Virus record (IMG/VR): IMGVR_UViG_3300045738_002091 | Location: 1-57,301 of that record | Reading direction: 5' to 3' (one strand) | Origin: a virus | Lineage: Duplodnaviria; Caudoviricetes | DNA length: 57,301 nucleotides | Shown: piece after piece, positions 45,097 through 54,327 of the stretch | Layout: each line of letters opens with the position of its first letter | How positions within the stretch are numbered: position 1 is the first letter of the stretch | Made by a program: the position numbers and the translations under genes | The notes under the pieces: model-generated | The model's database searches: none | What the model was told of the DNA's origin: nothing | What the model saw: the letters and a program-made list of their open reading frames with translations, nothing else

Positions 45097-47187
45097 ATGA
45101 CACCGCCGCTACCAGATCAACAAAGTTGGGAGCTAATCCATAAAACTGATAAATTGGTTATTGGGGCTACTTTTCCCTATTACGAAACATCTGAAGATTA
45201 CCATTATTTTGTTGAAGATCTTTTGGCATACCTAGTCGAAAATACTCCTTACGATACGAGTGTTTATACCGAAGCCCCATTCTATATAAAAATTACCATA
45301 GAAGAAGGAGTTATTATAAAGGGGCCAATTGTTATAAAAGGATTTAACTCAATGTCCACCTTCGAGATTATCAACCACGGGGAAATAAAGGGCACAGGCG
45401 GCAAGGGGGGCACGGCTTCTACTCCGTATCATCTGAGAGGTTATGCTCAGGATCTAATAAACAAGCCTCGCTTATCTCAAAAGTATTGGCATGAATTAGA
45501 TGGCCAAGATGGAGGTGATTGCATCCATACCTATCATAACCTTGTTATAACCAACTATGGAAAAATTCATGCTGGAGGCGGTGGTGGTGCTGGCGGAACG
45601 CCTGTCTACGGTTTCTATGCTTCGAACAAACAAGCGGATAATACAAGAACCTATCTTCCATTAATGGAAGCTCCCTTGGGTAATTTCGGTAATATGAATG
45701 CAAGATTTTGCGATGCCTCACCCACTTGGAATTGGCCATCTAATTCATATTATGGACCTTGGCGTTGGGACTACCACAATAAATGGCAATACGAATGGGG
45801 TGGAAGATGTAAACCGGGTTATCATTGTCCATCCAATCCCGATATTTGGAATCGTGGACTCATAGCCAAAACTCAGCCTATGTTAACGATTTGGATTTGG
45901 CCAAATACTTGTTCCTATAAAAATTCCTATGGTATTACTATTTGGTGCACTGGTCCGGTAGGGCTCGGATTCCCTTATAAGGGATTTACCGTCGTTTCTG
46001 ATGGTTGGGAACGTCGTGACTGGACTGGTTCGACTGGTTCTGTATCGAAGGGCGACCCAGACCTTGCCCTCAATCAAAAAATTTCATTCCAAATCATCCA
46101 CGGGGGAAATGGTGGCGGCGGGGCAGGATTTGATAGCTCTGCCGGATCATATGACAGACGATGGCTTGATAACGGTTATGGGGGAGGGTCTTATTCTGTA
46201 AGTAGGACCGTAATTGGAGGAGGGAAATATTTTGACGTACGCATATCCGAGCTTTACAAATTCGGATTGGCATTAGGGAAGTTTTTCGCCCTTGAGAATA
46301 TAGATCTAAGTTGGCTGAGTAAAGAAATAGATCATCCCACATGGGGAAAGATTGATTTCGATGCCAAAATAGTAAGTGGCCCAACCCTAAATACCAGCGA
46401 TACCCTTTCCATTACTAAAGAAGGGGGACTCACAAATTTTCCAACTTCGTTTGACATAACGATGCTTTGGGGATCAAGAACACTCCGTAGAAATATAAAT
46501 TGGAACACCGCTCATTTTTCCCCTCCCCCTTTCGAATGCCTTAGCATAGAAGATACACCAGTTACCCATACCGTCCCAATTTATTATGATGACTACGACA
46601 TGTCTCCACTTTTCGGTTTGTCTTCGTTATCGTATGGCTATAGAGAAATACCAGCAGCAGGTGGACGGTCTTGGCCAAAAGCTAATCCATACGGAGCAAG
46701 CGATCCATACGGAGGCTATAACGGTGAAGACTTTGTGGGAGCACATCGCGCTAACCAATATAGCTTAGCCTCTGCCGGAATCGCAGACATCGGAGGGGCT
46801 GGTTCTACTAGACAATATTCTGAAGTAGATTGGGGAGAGGGCCAAAGTAGGGTAGACGACCCAGTATGGCGACGTGATCCTAAAAAATTATGGTCCAAAG
46901 GTGGGGGTTCTGATGCAATGTCGTTTTTGGTTCATGGAATTTATAATCACGACTACTTAAAAGACTTTAAGGGTGATGGTGGCGCTGGCGGCAATATAGG
47001 CGAAGACGGAAAAAATACTGAAGTTGCTGCTTATTCAGGAACCTCGAAACTAGGGCAACCATATACGCTACCAGCCATTACCATAAAAGGGGGTAAAGGA
47101 GGACACGCAATAAAAAAGAAGGACGGGGTAACTGTTAGCATCAAAGAAGAAGGGGATATAAAAGGAAGGATTGAAGCTGGTCTTTAG
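45097..47187 (+). CDS. Glycine-rich adhesin-like protein (T-even gp38-type polyglycine motifs)
   Basis: IINHGEIKGTGGKGG, DGQDGGDCI, ITNYGKIHAGGGGGAGG, GGNGGGGAG, GDGGAGGNIGEDG, GGKGGHAI...GDIKG, with aromatic-rich inserts between the glycine motifs. Confidence 0.65.
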   Translation: MTPPLPDQQSWELIHKTDKLVIGATFPYYETSEDYHYFVEDLLAYLVENTPYDTSVYTEAPFYIKITIEEGVIIKGPIVIKGFNSMSTFEIINHGEIKGTGGKGGTASTPYHLRGYAQDLINKPRLSQKYWHELDGQDGGDCIHTYHNLVITNYGKIHAGGGGGAGGTPVYGFYASNKQADNTRTYLPLMEAPLGNFGNMNARFCDASPTWNWPSNSYYGPWRWDYHNKWQYEWGGRCKPGYHCPSNPDIWNRGLIAKTQPMLTIWIWPNTCSYKNSYGITIWCTGPVGLGFPYKGFTVVSDGWERRDWTGSTGSVSKGDPDLALNQKISFQIIHGGNGGGGAGFDSSAGSYDRRWLDNGYGGGSYSVSRTVIGGGKYFDVRISELYKFGLALGKFFALENIDLSWLSKEIDHPTWGKIDFDAKIVSGPTLNTSDTLSITKEGGLTNFPTSFDITMLWGSRTLRRNINWNTAHFSPPPFECLSIEDTPVTHTVPIYYDDYDMSPLFGLSSLSYGYREIPAAGGRSWPKANPYGASDPYGGYNGEDFVGAHRANQYSLASAGIADIGGAGSTRQYSEVDWGEGQSRVDDPVWRRDPKKLWSKGGGSDAMSFLVHGIYNHDYLKDFKGDGGAGGNIGEDGKNTEVAAYSGTSKLGQPYTLPAITIKGGKGGHAIKKKDGVTVSIKEEGDIKGRIEAGL

Positions 47188-47192
47188 GGTCA

Positions 47193-47831
47193 TTAAAGTT
47201 CCAACTGATACTTTAACTGATTCCAAACTTTTAGGTTTAGCTCCAAGTCAACCAAGGCATCATGTGACTTTTCATAGTTGTGTTCCATTTGGAATTCTTT
47301 ACCCAAGGCTACTAAATTCGTTTTTATACCCTTTCTTCTTTCTCCTAGGAGTTTGTATTGATACTCAAGAAAATCTTCCCCCTCTCTATACGGAAGTTCA
47401 TATTTTATACCTTTAGCTATGGCATTGGTATCAATTATTTTATCCATTAAATGACTATAATCTTCTCCAACGTAATTATAAAAATCTTTTATTAAGTAAA
47501 TGTCAAACCCAAGAATATTGTGGCCTACTATGTAGTCTGCATTACCAAGCCAATCTTTTATAGTGGGAAAAATTTCCTCGAATGGGATTTTTCTTTTTTC
47601 GTAATCGGAGGGGCTGAAACGTGTGATTTGCGCGGCTTCTTTACTCACTTTTATTTCTCTGTCCCACCCCACATAGTAATCTTTAGCATCAATTCTCTCG
47701 CCTCCCTTGCTTTTTATCATGGCGATTTGCCAAGGAAGATTATGACACTGATTCAAACAAAGATTTTCTGTTTCACAGTCAATAAATACAAAAATTTTGT
47801 CTTCTTCGAATCTAATCAAGTGACCATCCAT
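47193..47831 (-). CDS. DEDDh 3'-5' exonuclease (DnaQ/epsilon-like)
   Basis: Exo I FIDCETE, Exo II VGHNILGFDI, Exo III HDALVD. Start 47831 or 47837. Confidence 0.9.
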   Translation of the reverse strand: MDGHLIRFEEDKIFVFIDCETENLCLNQCHNLPWQIAMIKSKGGERIDAKDYYVGWDREIKVSKEAAQITRFSPSDYEKRKIPFEEIFPTIKDWLGNADYIVGHNILGFDIYLIKDFYNYVGEDYSHLMDKIIDTNAIAKGIKYELPYREGEDFLEYQYKLLGERRKGIKTNLVALGKEFQMEHNYEKSHDALVDLELNLKVWNQLKYQLEL

Positions 47832-48306
47832 CTTCATCCTCCTTAAATTTTATCAAATCTTTTTGAGAAACAAAATACGCATCTCCGGCGTTGTTTGGAT
47901 TCCAAAGGTACTTCTCCTGTACGGCATCTTGTCCTTTGATGTAGCCTATTATATTATACGAAGGCATTAATCCCGTTACTAAAGCGAAATTTTCTTCATA
48001 CTTTGGAGAATCGATGGGTCGGATAATTAACTTCCCATCTAACCTGTCCGTATACCTAACTTGCCATCCTCCTTCTACGTCCGGAGCATGAAATGTATTA
48101 ACGTCTCCGATCCATTTTTCTCCAATGAATTTCGAAAATGCTATTTCCGCCCCACATGCTTCTATGTCACTTGCCCAAGCATTCCCACAAGCGTAACCGT
48201 GACTATGTAGATTCTTAAGCTCTTTGAAGAGATTCGTTAAGCGTCTTTCTATAGCTGCGTGAGCGGCTTTTCTGCACTCTTCTTTTGTGAGTTGAACTGT
48301 GGTCAT
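47812..48306 (-). CDS. Hypothetical protein, possible restriction-endonuclease-like fold
   Basis: ATG 48306 (ATGA overlap). G..AE.AF.K...PDV...WQVR...LIIRP.D...LVTG...IIGYI.G...YFV.Q..L pattern. Confidence 0.5.
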   Translation of the reverse strand: MTTVQLTKEECRKAAHAAIERRLTNLFKELKNLHSHGYACGNAWASDIEACGAEIAFSKFIGEKWIGDVNTFHAPDVEGGWQVRYTDRLDGKLIIRPIDSPKYEENFALVTGLMPSYNIIGYIKGQDAVQEKYLWNPNNAGDAYFVSQKDLIKFKEDEDGWSLD

Positions 48307-49064
48307 GACTTTCTCCAACTCTCAAAGCAAAATTCATTACTACACATGTGGTCTAAGTTTGGCTTGTTTAGTGTACTTCGGTTGTTAATACATCGAAATG
48401 TTAAATACGCTTTGAAGTCTTCTTTGTTTTTATAGTAAATACTTTTTGCATTAATAACCTTGTACTTACCCTTTGTTTGTTCCATCACTCTTTTTTTGAG
48501 AATGTAATCAAATGGTATATTGTTATCTTCAATAAAAAAAACTGGCTTACAAAAACCAAACGAAGGAATACAGGTTGAATAAAACAATGTATTTTTATGT
48601 ATGTAAGAATCATAAAACGGAACACAAAGCATCAAGTCTTTTTCGTCCCAAAAAACAGAAAGGCTTTCTAGATCAATTCTTGGCTCATAATAAAAGCCGT
48701 CCTTTGCGGCCAAGCTATATATTTTGATTAGTCTTTTGTATCCTTCTGTGTTTTTGACAAAAATTACATATTTGGATTGTTTGCTAAGTGAACCTTCGTT
48801 TTTTTCATTAAGGTCACTACAAACTGTGATCCTCAAACCAAAATTCAGTTTGATTTTTTCTTCTTCGCAATTTATATAGGCTTGTAAAAATCCGCTTACG
48901 CTATCATCGACCAAGAAAATTTCCTTAAGTTCATTGCTTTTTGCTATTTCAATAATCGATTGTGGACCGTTATTTAATACTGAATTCGGCTTTTCTAGGG
49001 TGAGGATACTCCTTCCCTTGGAATACTGGCTCTTAAATAATGGTATTGAATTTGTTTGAGACAT
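48303..49064 (-). CDS. Stand-alone PHP domain corresponding to the DnaE N-terminus
   Basis: ATG 49064 (TAATG overlap). PLFKSQYS.G.SIL, IFLVDDS.SGF, IKLNFGL, VIFVKNTEGYKRLIKIYS, GFYYEPRID, IYYKNKEDFKAY. Confidence 0.85.
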   Translation of the reverse strand: MSQTNSIPLFKSQYSKGRSILTLEKPNSVLNNGPQSIIEIAKSNELKEIFLVDDSVSGFLQAYINCEEEKIKLNFGLRITVCSDLNEKNEGSLSKQSKYVIFVKNTEGYKRLIKIYSLAAKDGFYYEPRIDLESLSVFWDEKDLMLCVPFYDSYIHKNTLFYSTCIPSFGFCKPVFFIEDNNIPFDYILKKRVMEQTKGKYKVINAKSIYYKNKEDFKAYLTFRCINNRSTLNKPNLDHMCSNEFCFESWRKS

Positions 49065-50056
49065 TAGAAAAAGTCCAGCATATCCCCATTGTGTCTGGGG
49101 CATCCATCATAATTCATTTTTTCGACAGTCTCCCCCTTTTTGGGGGAAAATGTATTTTCGAAATCTGTTTTTAGAACATTTCCATTCTTATCTTTAAGAG
49201 CATGGTAGGAAAAATCAAACTTATATGGGCAATGCCACATGAGGGAGCCGTCTTTTTTAAGCTGACCCTTTTCTTTGGCAAAACCACACATGAGTTTGCC
49301 GCTGAATCCTTCTTTTGGTATGGGTTTATCCGCAGCAAAATTAGATTCGGCATCCTTCTCATCAAAATTGCGAATGCTTTTATAAACTTCTTCCAAATAG
49401 TATTCGAATCCTTCCAATGCGTCATCACTAAACTCAAGCCTTTGGATTGGTTTTTTGGGAAATCTAAGGAAAAGAAATTCAACAACGGGTTTAAGCTTTG
49501 GCCATGTCTTTTTAGCTACTAGGCTGTATATCATTGCTTGCACATTGCTCTCAAGATCCTCGCCTTTAAATTTTCCCTTGCTCGACTTGTAATCGCTAAT
49601 CAAAATTTCATTTTTATTTTTGAATTTGGCTATTTTATCTATAAAGCCATAAATTCTATAAGACGGACTTTCATTTGTTATGTCAAACTCAAATTCTGGA
49701 TCTAAAAGCTCGGAGCCTTCCACATAAAAATCACTACGTAGCCCAACTACAATCATTTCGTCCATTAAATCATAGTTCTCGGCATCAAAGATACCTGATT
49801 GTTTTAGGTGTTTTTTTACAAGCCTATCTATTGGTGGAGAAGCCTTAATGGTTTTCTTTTCTGAAATTATTTCCTGATGTTTTTTGTGTCTACTTTCTAG
49901 TAGAAGCTCGAATATCAAGTGGCAAATAGTTCCCCTTAATGCTCCAGAATTTGTAGTATCGGGGAGCCCAAGGCCATATTTGCACCAATATAACCAAGAG
50001 CAAGACTTAAAGGTCTTAATTCTAGAAGCTGACAAATATTTGGCTTTTTTAAGCAT
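49064..50056 (-). CDS. PD-(D/E)xK exonuclease (RecB/AddB/Cas4-like)
   Basis: LSASRIKTFKSC.W.Y, GTICH.IFE, EFEF, GFIDKI, ISDYKS, QAMIY and C-terminal Cys residues (LMCG...WHCPY...GCP). Confidence 0.85.
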   Translation of the reverse strand: MLKKAKYLSASRIKTFKSCSWLYWCKYGLGLPDTTNSGALRGTICHLIFELLLESRHKKHQEIISEKKTIKASPPIDRLVKKHLKQSGIFDAENYDLMDEMIVVGLRSDFYVEGSELLDPEFEFDITNESPSYRIYGFIDKIAKFKNKNEILISDYKSSKGKFKGEDLESNVQAMIYSLVAKKTWPKLKPVVEFLFLRFPKKPIQRLEFSDDALEGFEYYLEEVYKSIRNFDEKDAESNFAADKPIPKEGFSGKLMCGFAKEKGQLKKDGSLMWHCPYKFDFSYHALKDKNGNVLKTDFENTFSPKKGETVEKMNYDGCPRHNGDMLDFF

Positions 50057-50954
50057 TACATTTTTGTTCCCATTCTACTATCTCTTTTCCTGTCATCTCA
50101 CCGAAATCACCCTTTGATGGTAAACAAATTTTCACTTGATGGAAATCAAAATATTTTTTTAATTTGTTATTAAGCTTTTCGGCGGCTATGTTGCCAGCAC
50201 TATTTTTTTCATCATCGTTATTTAGTGCTATTGTTATTTTTTCTGGATCTAACTTTATTAAGCTGTTAAGTACCGGAATACTTATATCCAAACCAAATGT
50301 TACAAGAGTATTTTTTACATCTTGATCCCAAAGAGACAACATGTCTCCGATACTTTCAATAAGGATTACTTCTTTTTTATCTTTTACTATTTCTAAATTA
50401 GCTTGGAATGGATATTTCCAGTCAGATTTTCCTCCCATATGTTTCCATTTCGGTCTTTTGCCTGAGTCTTTTAGAATACACCTTCCGGACAAACCTATCA
50501 GTTTCGCTCGTGAATTGAATATAGGAAACACATACCTATATTTCATTCTTCCCTCCTTGGCAACTCCCCCTCCGAAAAGGTCTAAGGTATCTTTGCTAAT
50601 TCCCCTGTCCAACCAATAAGAGGGGTCATCCTTAAGTTCGTTAAGCATGTTCGCACTAAAAGTTTTAGTGGTCTTAACCTTGGGTTTGGGTTTTTGACCT
50701 TGCGAAAAAATAAGTTTTCCTTTCAGAAACTCCTTGGCTTCTTCGGGAGTTTTAAAACCCAAGGTTAACTTTACTAATTCTTCTAGTGGGCCGCTTACTC
50801 CTAATTTGTAATCAGTAAACCATCCTGTTTTTTTGCTTATCCTTAAAACAGTATTGTTATTGGAGTCACGATAAAGTGGTCTTGCCCTGTATTCTCTCCC
50901 AAAATCAAAGAGCGTATATCCTACTGATTCTAAAATTTCTCTAAGATTTTCCAT
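50049..50954 (-). CDS. DnaG-like primase (Toprim)
   Basis: YW.DRGIS, RYVFPIFN....IGLSGR, PKWKH, VILIESIGDMLSL, IALNND, DFGEM. Adjacent to DnaB. Confidence 0.85.
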   Translation of the reverse strand: MENLREILESVGYTLFDFGREYRARPLYRDSNNNTVLRISKKTGWFTDYKLGVSGPLEELVKLTLGFKTPEEAKEFLKGKLIFSQGQKPKPKVKTTKTFSANMLNELKDDPSYWLDRGISKDTLDLFGGGVAKEGRMKYRYVFPIFNSRAKLIGLSGRCILKDSGKRPKWKHMGGKSDWKYPFQANLEIVKDKKEVILIESIGDMLSLWDQDVKNTLVTFGLDISIPVLNSLIKLDPEKITIALNNDDEKNSAGNIAAEKLNNKLKKYFDFHQVKICLPSKGDFGEMTGKEIVEWEQKCNA

Positions 50955-52444
50955 TAGTGAAGCCCAAGGTTACTGTTGTCATTGACTCCATCATCAAGTT
51001 CATGCTGGGCACTTTCATGTTCTATAATATCAGCAAGCGACCCATGTTCCCTAACGACAAAATTGTCCATAGAAAAATTAAGATAATTGTTAACCCATCT
51101 TTGAGTTCCTTCTATGTTTCTTAATAAAAGGTCGTGATGCCCGGAAGCATCCCTACCTTGGAATCTGGCTTTTAGGGGAATGAATTTGTGAGTACCAAAT
51201 TGTACCCCATCAAGGGCTATTTCGTCAGGCGTCTTGCGTCTACAAATTGCAACAAAGGTAGCAAACCATTGAAGCCGATCAGATTGTGCAATAGCAGAAG
51301 AATCATCAAAAAATGATGAAGCAGTTCTATTAAAATTTTCTCCAGAACGATTTAATTGAACGGCTGTCAAGATTACGGAATTTAATTCTTCACCAATTTT
51401 TTTTAATTTGCTTACCTTCTCTCCAATCGCTTGATATTCTGCCCAATTTTTGCCCAATCCTTCGCCAGTGAGCTTGAGATAATCATAGATAATGATTGCA
51501 GGTTTTCCTCTTTTTACATTTTTGTAGTACCACCTACGGATAAAAGAAATCACCTGTTCTACTGTTTTTTCTCCTACTCTAAAATGATCCATTGTATAGC
51601 CTTTTATTTTTGGCCAAACATCTCGCACCTTTTGAATCATCTCCGCATTTTTACGCCAATTTCCGGTTTCTAAATACCAAGCGTCAACACCAGAAAGGCT
51701 TGCAAGAAGTCTCATTTGCATTTCTTTCTTGGACATTTCAGTATCTAGCATCAGAACCCTCGGCTTAGAGGGATTACTTAAGTATGTATGAAGGCCGAGA
51801 TAACTCAATAAAGTAGTCTTTCCCTGTCCCGGCCTTGCTGCAAATGCGTATAGGTTACCGGGCCTCAGACCCCCGTACAAGCGATTAAATTCCGGGAATG
51901 GGGTCTTGAACCCTGTTTCTTCTACAGGCTCGTCTCCGAGCCTTTCTGCAAATTGTTCCAAATCATCGAACAGGTCTTCTGCGTCATTGTTGAAACCATA
52001 TTTTGAAATTTCACTGTTTAAGTTGTCATCAAGTTCGGAGACAATATCGTCAAATGTTCTTTCGTTTGGTGTCTCAAGGTTCCTAATTCCTTTCCGAAGA
52101 ACTTCCTTAAGGTCTCTGCGTAGCCTAATCTCATGCAAGTCGTGCGCGTTATCTATTGTGCCTTGTTCTGTAATTTCGGTGAAGGTTAGGTCGTCAATGT
52201 ATTCGAAAATATCAATATCATCCTTGAAGGAAATACCAAGATTTTTAATCTTATTCGCAAGAACTACCTTGTCTACTTTCTGCCCCTCCTGAAGACACGC
52301 TTTGATGACCATGTAAATGGTACTATGAACGTCATTGAAAAAATGTTGGTCTGTTAAAAATACGTCTAAATCAGGAAAAATACTTTGATAGTTTATCAAA
52401 CCCCCTAGAACCCGCTTCTCTGTCTGAATGGAATATATCTGCAT
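50954..52444 (-). CDS. dnaB: Replicative DNA helicase
   Basis: N-terminal EKRVLGGL...F....H..IY; TGF.T.F.EFNRLYGGLRPG.LY.FAARPGQGKTT; DTEMS; IIYDYLKL; AVQLNR. Confidence 0.95.
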   Translation of the reverse strand: MQIYSIQTEKRVLGGLINYQSIFPDLDVFLTDQHFFNDVHSTIYMVIKACLQEGQKVDKVVLANKIKNLGISFKDDIDIFEYIDDLTFTEITEQGTIDNAHDLHEIRLRRDLKEVLRKGIRNLETPNERTFDDIVSELDDNLNSEISKYGFNNDAEDLFDDLEQFAERLGDEPVEETGFKTPFPEFNRLYGGLRPGNLYAFAARPGQGKTTLLSYLGLHTYLSNPSKPRVLMLDTEMSKKEMQMRLLASLSGVDAWYLETGNWRKNAEMIQKVRDVWPKIKGYTMDHFRVGEKTVEQVISFIRRWYYKNVKRGKPAIIIYDYLKLTGEGLGKNWAEYQAIGEKVSKLKKIGEELNSVILTAVQLNRSGENFNRTASSFFDDSSAIAQSDRLQWFATFVAICRRKTPDEIALDGVQFGTHKFIPLKARFQGRDASGHHDLLLRNIEGTQRWVNNYLNFSMDNFVVREHGSLADIIEHESAQHELDDGVNDNSNLGLH

Positions 52445-52464
52445 AGTCTCCTTCGAGGAAGGGA

Positions 52465-52493
52465 AACATAACCCGACGAAAAGATCAAGTCAA
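52465..52493 (-). promoter_or_regulatory. Sigma70-like promoter TTGACT-N17-TATGTT upstream of dnaB, followed by SD AAGGAG
   Basis: The minus strand reads TTGACTtgatcttttcgtcgggtTATGTTtcccttcctcgAAGGAGactATG. Confidence 0.7.
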
Positions 52494-52494
52494 G

Positions 52495-52749
52495 TTAAAC
52501 CTCTTCCCCGTCTTCAGGAGTATCGGGATTGGTCATTTGCTCTACGGAACATTCAATATTTATGGCTTCTAGGGCTTTACTCCAGTTTGAAATGTGCATT
52601 TGCATTGCCATTGCTTGCATAGAAGAATCTGCGCTACTGAAAACCAATGGATGTCCTTCTATATCAAAAGTAAAAAGAACATACCCCCCATTGGAGCATT
52701 CGTCGATTTGATTTAGTACTTGTTCTGGGAACTTAAATTTTTTATCCAC
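52495..52749 (-). CDS. Small hypothetical protein
   Basis: Proposed GTG start at 52749 (MDKKFKFPEQVLNQIDECSNGGY...), 8 nt after a GTGTAA motif at 52763-52758; acidic tail. Confidence 0.6.
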   Translation of the reverse strand: MDKKFKFPEQVLNQIDECSNGGYVLFTFDIEGHPLVFSSADSSMQAMAMQMHISNWSKALEAINIECSVEQMTNPDTPEDGEEV

Positions 52750-52765
52750 AATAATATTTACACTA

Positions 52766-53191
52766 TCAAATAATAGATATGCCAAATTTGTTCTTTATAA
52801 AATCAACGGATAAACCTTTTACTTCGTCATGTTCAATTTCTATTAATTCAAAACCATTTTTTTCTAACCATTCTGTTTTTTCCCAATCTCTTTTTATGGA
52901 ACTCAGGTACTTTGCTTTTGAATTACCATGAAAAAATTTGTTAAACTCTTTGTGTTGAGGCCCATTAACTTCGATGGCTATTTTCTTTGTGAAGTTTACT
53001 AAATCAACTGACATTCTGGTTCCGTATACCGGAAATTCTTCAAAGCATACTTGATACTTCCAATGCGGCTTAAGGAATTGCTTAACATTAAATTGAAGTT
53101 TCGATCTGGAGGGTTTGTCCCATTTTATTTTATACTTGTTTACGTTTCTTGAAATCAAGCGCCCTGACATACTATATAATCGAAGCATCAT
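52766..53191 (-). CDS. DUF559/Vsr-like endonuclease
   Basis: FEEFPV...VDLVN...IAIEVNGPQH...FFH...RD..K..WLE.NG.ELIEI. Confidence 0.8.
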   Translation of the reverse strand: MMLRLYSMSGRLISRNVNKYKIKWDKPSRSKLQFNVKQFLKPHWKYQVCFEEFPVYGTRMSVDLVNFTKKIAIEVNGPQHKEFNKFFHGNSKAKYLSSIKRDWEKTEWLEKNGFELIEIEHDEVKGLSVDFIKNKFGISII

Positions 53192-54324
53192 GATTCAACG
53201 TACACCTCTTTAATCTTTTTATACCAATAGTCTATGAACTCTGGATTATCGTCCATGAATTTAAGAATAGAGTCTCTTCCTTGAAATTTCTCTGGCATCT
53301 CAATACCTAATTCTTTCATCTCTTCTATGACACTTGAGTCAACACTTGTCCAAGCTCCTGATTTTAAAAGAAGTCCATTTTCGAACATCAAATCACGAAT
53401 TTCTCTTTCTCTCCAAATACTATTACCCCCTTTTCTTCCATACATAATAGGGTAGGTTATGAGTGTATTTGTTTTCTCATTAGGTGATTTCTTGATGGTA
53501 ATTTTAACTTCGTGGCCCACTATTTTATTTTTTATAGGATCATATCTTTCATTCGGCTTTTCGAGTATCAAGTCTTTATTATACCTTCCTTCGAATTGAA
53601 AAATAAAATTAGAATAATGCATTAAAGCATGGCCACCGGAGGCTGAAGTATTTTTGTAGGCTTTTTTAGCATATGGATCTATTTGTATGTCTGCCCTTAC
53701 CTGACTTATCAAAATCATAATATGACCGCCCTTCGACATATCAAGGGAGATGCGTTGCATAATTTTGGATGCCAATAGGGCTCCACCAGCGACTTTACAT
53801 GCTTCGTCAAAGTCTTTTTCTAAATCGTTTTTTGGGATGAGACTGTCTACACTATCAATAACAATACCATACCTAACTGCTTCAGGATTCTCTTTAACTA
53901 AGGTTCTAATAATTTTAAATACTGTCTCATACACATTACATTCTAAGATAAAACAAGTACCGACTTCCCAATCTTCGGCATTTTTAACAAAGGTGATTCC
54001 GGTCCTTTCTTGCACCTCTGGATCTAAACGCCCTTCAGATTTAACATATATACCTTTTGAGTTATCAATAGAACTAAGAAGGTTTTTTATTATTTCTAGG
54101 GCTTCGGAGGTCTTACCCCCTTCGTTAACCCCACAAAACCTATGGAGTCCGGGCATAATCCCCCCAGTTCTTATATCTAAAATAAGGCTTCCAGTGCTTA
54201 CCTTATAGTAAACATCTTCTTTGTAGTTGTGGTGATCATCTGAAAATTGCTGCAATAACTGATCTAATTGAGCACTTGATGCATCTTCCAGCTTGCTTGG
54301 AGCTATCTTTTTTTTTCTTGGCAT
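53188..54324 (-). CDS. recA: RecA/UvsX-family recombinase
   Basis: VSTGSLILD...GG, Walker A GVNEGGKTS, Walker B IVIDSV, ILISQVR, SGGHAL.HYS, GAW. Confidence 0.9.
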   Translation of the reverse strand: MPRKKKIAPSKLEDASSAQLDQLLQQFSDDHHNYKEDVYYKVSTGSLILDIRTGGIMPGLHRFCGVNEGGKTSEALEIIKNLLSSIDNSKGIYVKSEGRLDPEVQERTGITFVKNAEDWEVGTCFILECNVYETVFKIIRTLVKENPEAVRYGIVIDSVDSLIPKNDLEKDFDEACKVAGGALLASKIMQRISLDMSKGGHIMILISQVRADIQIDPYAKKAYKNTSASGGHALMHYSNFIFQFEGRYNKDLILEKPNERYDPIKNKIVGHEVKITIKKSPNEKTNTLITYPIMYGRKGGNSIWREREIRDLMFENGLLLKSGAWTSVDSSVIEEMKELGIEMPEKFQGRDSILKFMDDNPEFIDYWYKKIKEVYVES

Positions 54325-54327
54325 GAT

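Noticed and set aside
39550-47187. Diversity-generating retroelement or invertible segment acting on the adhesins
   Set aside because: No reverse transcriptase, invertase or template/variable repeat pair is visible in this window. One could exist elsewhere in the genome.
49064-50056. Cas4 / CRISPR locus
   Set aside because: No repeat-spacer array or other cas genes were seen. The context indicates a phage recombination exonuclease.
36280-54324. Inteins or introns in dnaE, dnaB or recA, including a split intein linking PHP and the DnaE core
   Set aside because: Protein lengths are ordinary, motifs are contiguous, and no intein terminal (C...HN/C) or homing-endonuclease motifs were seen.
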